Assembly: GCA_964057225.1 (NCBI GenBank)
Contig: OZ059896.1
Span: forward strand, 11,284,001-11,348,000
DNA length: 64,000 bases
Reading direction: 5' to 3'
Source: Auanema rhodensis
Taxonomy: Eukaryota; Animalia; Nematoda
Shown here: positions 54,058 to 64,000 of the stretch, in pieces
Layout: each line of letters opens with the position of its first letter
Numbering within the stretch: position 1 is the first letter of the stretch
Notes under the pieces: generated by a model
Told to the model about the DNA's origin: nothing
Database searches by the model: none
What the model saw: the letters and a program-made list of their open reading frames with translations, nothing else
Made by a program: the position numbers and the translations under genes

Positions 54058-54519
54058 ATGTTTATTAAAACGTTAGTGGTTTGTGGCCTATTTCAATTAG
54101 TTGTTAGAACCACGGTGAGTTAGTTAGCTTTATTCGTTAGTATAGTGTATAGAGAGATACTTTTACTATTGTTCAATTTCAGTGCTATAACAATGATAAT
54201 CGGAATCCCATCGATTTTATTTCCGTAATTTTACAAAAGTTTAAACTTTAATTATTTTTATTTTTTAGTTAGATGACTCTTTCATGAAGGCAGGAATCCC
54301 TTATGAAACAATAACGGTAAAGTATTTAGTTTGTAATTCATAAATAACATTCCTATATTTAAGAAAAAATCATGCCGAGCCGGAGGTTTATGCCATGCGA
54401 ACTGCATTTGTGCTGGAAGATGCTTGGTAGGACGCTACAATTTGTCACGGAGATGTTTCATATAAATCGGCAACTCCAATGATATTTGCAAATGTTCAAG
54501 AAAATTCAAAAAAATATAG
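54058..54519 (+). CDS. Small secreted Cys-rich defensin/macin-like peptide; in-frame TAA at 54463-54465 precedes the final CxC
   Basis: Four exons: MFIKTLVVCGLFQLVVRTT/CYNNDNRNPIDFIS/LDDSFMKAGIPYETIT/KKSCRAGGLCHANCICAGRCLVGRYNLSRRCFI*IGNSNDICKCSRKFKKI*. Confidence 0.6.
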
Positions 54520-54585
54520 TATTTACCGCATAATATCATAAGTTAATAAAACTTTTATAATAAAATACTTTGACATTATTAGCAC

Positions 54586-54840
54586 TTATTCAGTATGGGT
54601 AACAATATTTATTAAACATGTTGTTTTGGATGAACTCCCTCCTTCGATAAATATTTTCTGAATCAAATCTAAAGTATCATGGCTTACAGGTACTGTAGAA
54701 AGAAACCCATTCATCATTAATGAACCTGAAAAAATTCAATTTTGTTGACACTCCGGGCTTGGAGTGAAATGGCTAACGGACATACTTATCATAAAAAGGT
54801 ATTTCGAAAAAACAAATGCGGAAAAACTAAAAACCAACAT
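54586..54840 (-). CDS. Possible 64-aa two-exon orphan peptide
   Basis: ATG at 54840; GTATGT...TTTTCAG intron 54785-54726; frame-consistent to TAA; hydrophobic N-terminus. No homology recognised. Confidence 0.25.
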
Positions 54841-55482
54841 TGTTTCAATTATTCTTAAAGAAGTTCCATAAGATTATTTTTCATATCTATTTGATATTTG
54901 TTTAAATACTTTTTACTCTACTAAAAGCAAATATTAGAACATCTTTTTTGAAAACTTATTGAAATTGGCTACTCTGTTATATCCTTATTGATACTCGTTG
55001 GTTTGTGCTTTATATCATCAAGTAAGAAAAATGCAAATGTCAAATTAAAGTTTGTCAACATTAATTAATAAATGTCAAACAAATAATTTATAGACAATTA
55101 TAATTGATAATATAATTAATTCAACATTATGCCTTTTTCAAAACGAGAGAACAGATGATCGGACCGCTGGATCTACCAAATATAACCTAATCAATATCAG
55201 GTAGACAAAAAATAGTTGGTATTCTACAGTGCCAACCCTGATTGGGCTGGCACTTATTATGCGCTCTAATACAAATAATTTCAAAAATGTATTTTTGGTC
55301 CCCAATTTGTACGCATTCGTTGAGATATATTGTGCATGCAGAGATAGCTTTCCTCTTGATTTTGTTAATAAGTCTATCATTACAGCTATATTTTTATGAT
55401 AAATGCATGATAAAATACGATAATGCTTTATATATTTATATATTGAATAAATAATTATATTATTTTAATTGAACAGATAACA

Positions 55483-57624
55483 ATGGCGGAAACCGTAACA
55501 GATAAAGGTGGACTAAAAAATAACTTAACATGCCCGATTTGTATGCTATTGTTCACTAAGGTACCGCAACTTGCTCTTATGCTGTAACAGTTTTTATTTA
55601 CAGCCTTCCATGCTTGACTGTGGTCATTCATTCTGTTCAGAATGTATAGTGTCCTGGTTAGAAAAACATGAGAATTGTCCTGTTTGTAGAAGTCCAGCCG
55701 AAAAAACTATTATTAATATTTCTTTACAAAATGTACGGTTATATTTAATCACTGTTCATATATGGATAGTTTAGGTTGTTGAAGAGCATCGGAAAAAATA
55801 TGAATGTCTATCATCTAATGAACGCTTGCCGTCATATGATAATTCTCCCGTTTGTGATGAAACTACGGACGAGGTTTTGTCGAAAAATAACAGCAATATA
55901 ATTATTATTAGTATTTTAGTCAGAAAATGATGGTGAAACTTCTAGCACTCGTTCTAGGCGTTGCAGGTTCTCTGATAAAGATGATGTTGTATATTTGAAT
56001 GAGTAAATTGTTAATGGTTTTCTTTATACAGCTTAATTTTAGTTCTAATGCCTCCTGTTTGGACACTTTACCTCGTTTATCGCCACCTCCTTTGACTGCA
56101 AGGCCAATGAGAAGTTCATTAGTTCAACCTATTATTCACGAACTCGACAGATCTATGCCTTTAAACAGGTTTTATTTGTCTATGCTAATCTTTTCTCTAT
56201 TTTTTGATTGCATTAAAGAATGGATTCGGATTCTGATTCAGTTATGTCCGAAGAAAATAAAATGCCCTTCATTAGAAAAGCAATGCAGCGACGTTCTGGT
56301 ATGGCTGAGTATTGGAATTCTTGTTTACTACTATTTTCAGCTACCTTCACCAGAACAATGGACGAGGATGATATTTCAGCAAAAGCATCTTTCAATGTAA
56401 ATTAGATTAATTTGTCAATTTTGATTTCCTGATTTTTCTGTTCTTAAGCGTAGCTCCATGTTTAGAAGGAGTATTGGAGTTATTAGGCGCAGTCGTTCAA
56501 AACGTAGGAATAACGGTAAAAATTCGTTTTCATTTCTCACATAAAGTCTAAGTCGTTTTTCAGAATCGACTCCTGTAAATATAAACGAAACTGATGTAAA
56601 TGTGAAGTCAAAGTCATTGTGGAAGCGTCTTCTCTCATTTCGCAAAAGTGCATTGAATTGTAGATTTATTTAAATTTTTATTCGTTTTAAGGAACAGTAT
56701 TTCCTACCATGAATAACGGTAAGAAGGATACAAACGTTAGTTCCCCCTTTGGGCACGTTTGCCTGTATGATGGAACAGGGAGCCTTTTCCAAAAAATTGA
56801 AGCAGGAGAAGAAATCACCATTGTTGTTTTTGGAAAAAGTGGTGTTGGCAAAACAACTTTTGTAGGTTAAATATTGTTTAATTTTAAAAAAACATTACAA
56901 AGTTGGATAACGTTGCTTTGTCTGTCGAGAAATACTTTCGGAAACATGCTCGAATGGTTGGTTTAACAGAAAGAACTATGTGGAGTGGATTGCAAATTAG
57001 CACAAGATCCTTAGCTCATATGATGACAATGGTATGTGGTGTTTAAATACAGAATAATTATCTGGTTCAGGCATTGACCACTCCAACTAAAACATACGTT
57101 ATTGATATAATAGATGCTGTCTCCTATGTAAGAATTAAATCTGATTGCTTCATATACCGTCCAATCTTCTTTTATAGGTTGAAGGATCTACTCATACTTG
57201 GGATTCCTTCATAAAAGCATCGGATGCAGCAGTATTGCTATATTCCTGTACTGATTCCTCCAGTTTATTAAATGTCATGACAGCCCATAGACATATCTCT
57301 AAACTTCTCGTAATATAGATTTTTTTACATTTTTAATTCAGTTTCTAATTTAGGGAAAACCTTGTATTCTTCTTGGTAACAACTTCTCTGAAGGTGAACG
57401 AATAGTTGAAAGTATGGGACCTAACCTCGCTCGTGATATGGGTGTCAGACATTGGGAAACAAATCTGGCCCAACCAGGTTCTGCTTCAATAGAGGTGATC
57501 TGTCTTCATATTTATAGTTCAGTATTTTTGTTTTCAGATCCTTCTATTTCTTGCTCGATCAGTGCTTGAAAAGAGAGGAGAAGATGTATCATTTATTGAC
57601 AATTTGCGTGTCGAATCTGCATGA
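55483..57624 (+). CDS. C3HC4 RING finger fused through a disordered linker to a degenerate Ras-like GTPase domain
   Basis: About 15 frame-consistent exons: CPIC...CGHSFCSECI...CPVCR; S/R/D-rich linker; IVVFGKSGVGKTTF (P-loop); IDIIDAVS; ASDAAVLLYSCTDSSSL; PCILLGNN; LARDMGVRHWETN. Confidence 0.75.
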
Positions 57625-58105
57625 ATATTATCTGGATTTGTATATGTGTGTATTCCATATAATATATTATATTTTGCTATGCTTACTCGTTTTCGAATTT
57701 TACTACTAATTAGATTTGAGGGTATTATTTCTGTATTTATATGCTGTTGCCTGCGCTTATATAGTCTGCTTCATTTGTATTTTGATAAATTTTGTAAATA
57801 TTTATATACTATTACAACTTAATGTACATAATTAGAAAAAAAAAAGATCAAAAATTCGAACGTTGCGACTGTTTTCTGATTTTTTCGAATTCTTCTTTCA
57901 GTTATTTGTTCAAAGAATCGAAGTATTGCACTTTGTTCTGTTGCATTTGAAAAGCAGCGGTTGCTATGAAACTGCATTCCCTTATTTACCGAAGAATCTT
58001 AAAAGTAGAGAGAAAAAGTTTTCTTTTGCTGTACATTGTTCGGACAAAAATCACAGGAACTGGCCAAGCTTGAAATGAAATGATAATATTGTGTCAATAC
58101 TGTTG

Positions 58106-61100
58106 ATGGAAGTTTTAACGTTTATATTATTATTTAAATATATTAACCTTATAACGGTATATTTGACCATTCTTTTCTTAATTCTTTTTTTTCTTTCTTT
58201 TAGTCTGTAAATACTGTTAATCCACCACTTGGTTGTAATAATTATGGGTATTGTCTTCCTGAAAATCAAATTACTGCCCCGTAAGTAAATCTGAAATTCT
58301 CAAAATTATTATTTTTCATCATGAAGAGTCTGAAGAACAATGTTTTTAATTCTTCAGTTTAAAACTTATTTGAATTATAGATCTGGAGAAGTAGAGTGTT
58401 CAGATTGCGTTTGCCCGTCAGGGACCATAAAGGCTTCAGCAACTGACTGTCAATGTTACACATTATTTTTGATCAGAAAAGATAATTAATAATTTTAGCT
58501 CCAACAACCTGTGCTGAAGTCACTTGTCCAACGGTAGGACAATGGAGATGTGCCCTTGTTTCTAATGAACCTACTTGTATGTGTCAAGCGGCATATGCTG
58601 CTCCATCATGCACTTTACGTAAGAATATGATTATTTAATAAAATATTTTGGATCATATTGTTTAGAAAAATCTGATCCTTGTTCATCTATTCCTTGCTTG
58701 AACCGAGGAAAGTGTACAGGGACAACAAGTTATAAATGCGAATGTGATGTTGGGACATATGGAGAGCAATGCCAATGTATCTTTATAAATGTTATGCTGC
58801 TGAAGCAACTTAGGTTTTCATTTTAGACGAACCTGATCCCTGTCTAGATAAATGTAAAAATGGCGGAATTTGTGAAATCATTGATAGGCAACGAGTAGCT
58901 TTATGTAAATGTCCTGTTGGATATGTTGGAATTAATTGTGAAACAGCAGAAACACGTAATTATACAGAAAAAAACTTTATCACTTTCTTTTTGTTAGCAA
59001 CGTCTTCATTCGTTGGATGTTATGGTCAAACTTATGTGTTTTCTACTCCCCAATATTTCTTGTACACCGGATCAGTTACAAATGGAAAAGATTGTGTAAA
59101 TGCTCTTTTGCAGTATTTGAAAACAAATCCACAGGTTAATTATCGGTTTTCCAGTAAGATCTGAGTATAGTATTCGATTTGATTATATTATTTTAGCGTA
59201 TTATGCAAGAACTAAGGAATGTTGGTTTTCTGAGATCAATCATTTAACTCAACTATTTGTTGCTGATAATCTTTTAGATCTTCTTTTACAAGCACGTAAG
59301 TAGCCATTTTATAATGGATCTTAAAAACTATTGTATATCATGATTAAAAATACTCCAGTTCTTGTTCAATGTCCTACAGCTAATAACTTGGATCCTGGCA
59401 TGCAACCTGTATATGAAGTTAAAAGTATAACATTTGTTTTCTTACTTGTAACAAATATTTAAATATAATATATAGCTGAATGTGACAAATATAATAAATG
59501 CTCATCAAATGGATATTGTTATAACACTGTCGGAGCTTCAACTGGATGTGTTTGTAATAAGGGGTATTCTGGATCAACTTGTACAACAGGTAATGGTGTT
59601 AGTTTACAAATTTAATAATATTCTTCTCTCTAGTTGATAACAGTGATCCTTGTAAAACAAAAAGTTGTGGGATTGGCTCATGTAAAGTTACTGATGATGG
59701 AACTGCTGCTTACTGTATTTGTCCTAATGGAGATGTAAAGATGGACACATGTGGTAAGTTGCTAAAGATGCACTATGAGGAACATCTTAATGAATATGTT
59801 TGTTTTGTTTGTATATGTTTTTTGATATTTAGGAGTTGATTCTTGTTCCCCAAATCCTTGTCAGTATGGTGGAACATGTGAAAATACACCTACAGGATAT
59901 ACTTGCAACTGTTTGAATCTGTACACTGGTCTTATATGTTCCGGTATAAGGAAATAGAAAAATTATAAACAAAGTTAATAATTTAGATTTTAACGCTTGC
60001 TATGAAAACAAATGTTTAAATGGGGGAGCATGCAAAAATATTCCAAATGGTTTATCCAGTACATACAGCTGTGATTGTTTACCAGGCTTCATTGGAGATA
60101 ATTGTGAAACAGGTCTGTTCCCTCGAGTAATATGAAAATTAAAAAAAAAAGTATGAAATTTCCATTCCTATAGATTGCAAAATTTTTGTAGTGCTCGATA
60201 TAATAAAATGAAATTTTTTTAAACTCTTTACAGTTGAATGATGTTCAACTTTTCAGCTAGAAATTGCTGAGAAACCCCACAGTTCTCTCATTTCTTTCAA
60301 TCTCTGCAATTGCTCGCAGTATTTTTCGCTAATCCTGATATAAAAAAATTATCCAGCAGTCGGAAATAACTACATTACCCTCCTTTATCGAATGTGTTAT
60401 ATAATCTTTAAGCATGAAACCCCCCCCCCCCTGTTTTCTACCGTATAAAGAAAACATTCTTTGTTTTTCTACACATCCCACCTGATATCCAAATGGCACC
60501 CACTACTCTACCCATATTATACTACCTTCTAGCAACAACTGTTTCATCTATTTCAACGGTCATTCTTGATCCTCCAACCTTTTCCGAACGTTTCAAAAGC
60601 TTATACGTAAAAGTTTCTCTTAAAAAGTTCGTCCAAATTTTTTCAATTTTTAGATTTTTCTAACAATTTTTCCAAGACAATAATTCGTTTACTCAGAGAT
60701 AGATGAATATAATTACTGTAGAATACAGTAAATGTGAACCTAAAAGTTGTTTATTCTTTTTCTTTTATGTTCAACTACCTTCTAGGAATTTTCCCTTTTT
60801 AAACAAATATTCAAAAAAAAACATATTCTGAGTGTTCCAAAACGATAATGAATTTAAAAACATTTTAAAACAATCAATTAATCATGTTTAAAAGTGTTTT
60901 CCGGGGTTTCCGAAATAAACTTTATCCTTCAGAGAGCGCTCCAAAGACCTGAATACATGATAATCAGCTGGAGCTAAGTCTGGAGAACATGGTGGACGTT
61001 CCATAACATCCAACCAAGTTCATCCAGCTTCTCTCTGGTAGTGCGGCTCGCATGAGGTCACGCATTGTTTTGCAAAAGCACCACTTTCTTTCTTTTTCTT

Positions 61101-63593
61101 CCCTCTTTAATATCCACATTCAAACTCTGCAATTGCTTACAGTAATTTTCGATATCTACAGTCTTACCATATATGAGCAGCTCTAGGTGTAGAAATCCAT
61201 CGTAACCTCAAAAAACGCAACACAAAACCTTTTTAGGGGTTAATATGGAGTTCTTTGGGGTACTCTTGATCTGAGATTGCTCTTAGTCATGAATTTTATT
61301 TTAGGAAAAAGGTAAAATCTTTTGGAATTTACTCATATTTTTTAGCCGATTCGAAATATCAAGATAACATTATCATAAAATTTTGAGAATTTTGCGGGAG
61401 GGGCCGCGAAACAAGTTCGAGACCTAATATATACATATATTCTTATTTATATAATATACATATCCACAATAATAGTTCAGATGTTTGTCAAAAAATAATT
61501 TTAAAATGAAAATTTCCAACTCAAAGTGTTACAGAATATCTTAGCGTTCTAAAGCCTAAAACACATGTGTCTTGAATTCGTTCTTGCCAACTTTCTTTGT
61601 GTTCTAGAAATATTTGCTTGTGACACTGTCGTCTGTGAAAATAATGGAGTTTGCAAAAATGGACCAAGCTTCACATATACATGTGAATGTACACAATTCT
61701 TCAGAGGTGTAAACTGCGAAATTGGTCAGTTTCCCCCGAATAATATTATTTATAATAAAATTATTTTTTTAGATATTGATGAATGTCTAGAAAATCCAAC
61801 ATTATGTACAACAAAAGATTCAACAGCTAAATGTATTAATACATTTGGTGGATATGAATGCCAATGTAGTGATATATGGTTAGGCACCAAATGCACAATA
61901 AGTTGATTAAAAACAGGAAAAATAAAATTAATTTTCTTTATATCTTTAGATAAAATTATATATGATATATTGGAAAGTACACATGGTAATGTTCTTCCTG
62001 AAGAACTAAATAAAGTAATAATTACTAATCTATTTGAAAAAATAAAAGGATTTTTCAGCTAACAGAAGACTTAATGAGTGATCCAACCATTGTCAGAGAT
62101 ATTATTCCTTTTCTGATTGGTGGATACCCATTAGATGTACGAATGGACTTAAGTTGGGATTATGATGACATCTTTATCTGGGTAGCGTATGAGGAAAAAC
62201 TGATAGATGTAAGGTATGATATAACTATATAAACTTTTATTTTTTTTTATTTTCAAAAATGTATAGTAAATACAAGTAAATTATGATTTTAGAACTGATT
62301 TTGTTCGTTGGAATGATAAAGTACTTGGAAACTGTTTCACATTCAATCATATGAATAGCTCTTTACTGTATAAAGGAAGAGGATCTGGTGTATCTGGAGG
62401 TTTGTCATCGTAATGTATCTCGAATTTCACTCAAATATGCTAGCGCAGAATAGTCATCAAAGATCTTTTGATATAAGAAAACCATAGTGACCATAAATAA
62501 TTAAATGAAAGGAGAAGAAATATAATGCTTGTTATAAAAAAAATTCAATTCAGGATTGGAACTACAGACGAATGTTCAACAAAAAGAATATTTGCCTTGG
62601 ATTGAAACGGCTGCAATTCTTGTATTCACTCACAATTGGGATGAATCTATTTTTGCCGAATCACCTAGAATCAATTGCAGACCTAATAATTTAGTTCAAA
62701 TGAATGTTCAACCAGTATTAATAGTTATATAAGTTATAATATAATATAATTTCGAATTCTAGATATATTATGAACGACTGGGGGGACGTTTTGGAAAATG
62801 TGTGAAGAAGATCAGTGAAGTTACATCTTATTATTATGGTGGATCATACACAACCGATGTACGATATTTGTAATAATAGATTTATGTTATTAACCACATT
62901 AGGGATGTTTACGATCCTGTTATCAAGATGTGATCAAAAATGAATGTGGTTGTATGGATCCAAGATATCCTGCTCCAGAAGATGAAGAATCATGCTCTCT
63001 TGCCAACAGTTTGAAAAACCGTAATACATTTGTATAGTTAATCTAATGTATTTGAGGATTATGTATTGAATCAGCATCAAATAGATTAGGAGATCCATCA
63101 AAATGGAAACAATGCAATTGTCCTTTACCTTGCTCAAATACAATTTACAATGTTGCTTTTTCTGAAACTAGTTACAAATCAAAGGTTTCTCATATCTGAT
63201 TTTTTCAAAAAATATAGAAGATTATAGAAAACAGCTTGTGAATTAAAGAGAGGAAAACTTCGTGATGAATGTTATGAACAGGAAGAAGATAAAGTTCTTC
63301 TGAGAACATCCATGCCATCATTAATCATTTTTGGTTTCATTGAAACCGAAGCTTTTGGGGTCAGTAAACAAGTAATAGTCTTCAGTAAAATTTCTATTTT
63401 ACAGCTTACTTCTTTCTTATCACGATTAGGAGGTCTTCTTGGTATTTTGATGGGTATATCTGCTATTTGTTTAATTGAATTCATTTTCTTAATATCACAA
63501 TTGATTTTTATATTTTGTTCGAATACAAAATTTACAGCACCGTTGTCCAAAAATCGATCGGGCATACGAAATTCAAAAGCCATGAAATGGTAA
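58106..63593 (+). CDS. EGF-repeat plus DEG/ENaC (ASC) domain protein, EGAS type
   Basis: Signal peptide; 10 EGF modules (the last Ca-binding, DIDEC); WSC-like insert; ASC motifs [41 protein letters not shown]; TM2 [18 protein letters not shown]. Confidence 0.9.
60348..60640 (-). mobile_element. Degenerate Merlin (IS1595/ISXO2-like) transposase fragment inside an egas intron
   Basis: WTNFLRE...[31 protein letters not shown]...[12 protein letters not shown] fits the VEIDE / KYNRGR / WVFGG / IxSDxW motifs; contains stop codons. Confidence 0.8.
60903..61118 (-). mobile_element. Degenerate mariner (DD34D) transposase fragment inside an egas intron
   Basis: [24 protein letters not shown](frameshift)[19 protein letters not shown] fits the mariner pattern HDNAxPH...LGW...HPPYSPDLAPSDYHLFRSL. 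Confidence 0.85.
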
Positions 63594-63748
63594 ATTTAAA
63601 ATATTTCTGCAAATTATTATTGAAATAAATATTAATCGTATCTCTTTAACTTATTTCAAATAGAATTAATGATATGTACTGCTTGTTAATAATAAATTAT
63701 ATTTAAAAAAAAGTTCTCTGAATTTATAAAATAATATAACTTATTAAA

Positions 63749-63992
63749 TTATAAATAAAATAAAGCAAAAATAAGCATTGAAACAACTCCCATTAGTATA
63801 ATACATATAATTGTCCATAAAAATTGTGCAAAACCACCACAACAGATATCACAGCAAATTGAAGTTTGTCTATCTTTGCGTGTATAAAGTTTTTGAGATT
63901 GAAATGGGATATTTGATGATGGACCAACAGGAAAATAAACAGGAGGACCGGGTGCTGATGGAAACCAAACCGGGACTGGAACTTCAGCAAAT
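63749..63992 (-). CDS. Last exon of a Pro-rich, Cys-cluster tail-anchored membrane protein (gene continues beyond the window)
   Basis: In a frame not shown in the ORF track: FAEVPVPVWFPSAPGPP...ICCDICCGGFAQFLWTIICIILMGVVSMLIFALFYL*, preceded by an AAG acceptor. Confidence 0.6.
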
Positions 63993-64000
63993 CTTCAATG

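Noticed and set aside
54720-54767. MNLKKFNFVDTPGLE* resembling a GTPase G3 motif
   Set aside because: 15-codon ORF with no P-loop or splice context; it overlaps an opposite-strand intron-like segment and is probably chance.
63793-63990. 65-aa ORF MLKFQSRFGF... in the ORF track
   Set aside because: An alternative frame gives a far more protein-like Pro-rich/CCxxCC/TM exon.

Overview
AT-rich, gene-dense eukaryotic DNA with very short introns (mostly ~40-50 nt), consistent with a rhabditid-type nematode; the species cannot be determined from the sequence. Most ORFs in the supplied track are exon-plus-intron fragments or shadows, so I spliced the genes by hand. Recognisable genes in order: KIAA2013-like (3' part), CX-module membrane protein, Thr/Pro-rich orphan, UGT, F-box/LRR-like protein, Cys-rich secreted protein, Bicaudal-C, SDHAF1, NAF1 copy 1, SXP/RAL-2-like protein with a G/N/F repeat tail, a second Cys-rich secreted paralog, ELM2-SANT-Zn finger protein, NAF1 copy 2 (inverted), mitochondrial TyrRS, eIF3m/cif-1, GT31 galactosyltransferase, coiled-coil protein, OCR-type TRPV channel, a defensin-like peptide, a RING-Ras-like pseudo-GTPase fusion, an EGF-DEG/ENaC (EGAS-type) protein and the last exon of a tail-anchored protein. 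Main highlights: (1) a near-identical 2,030-bp inverted duplication of NAF1 that starts at the start codon and brackets an 8.8-kb segment; (2) a RING E3 ligase fused to a degenerate Ras-like G domain; (3) a defensin/macin-like peptide whose last CxC lies behind an in-frame TAA; (4) Merlin and mariner fossils together in one intron; (5) at least five GC-AG introns plus relaxed 3' splice sites; (6) a cluster of CSL/LAG-1-like sites upstream of the F-box gene.
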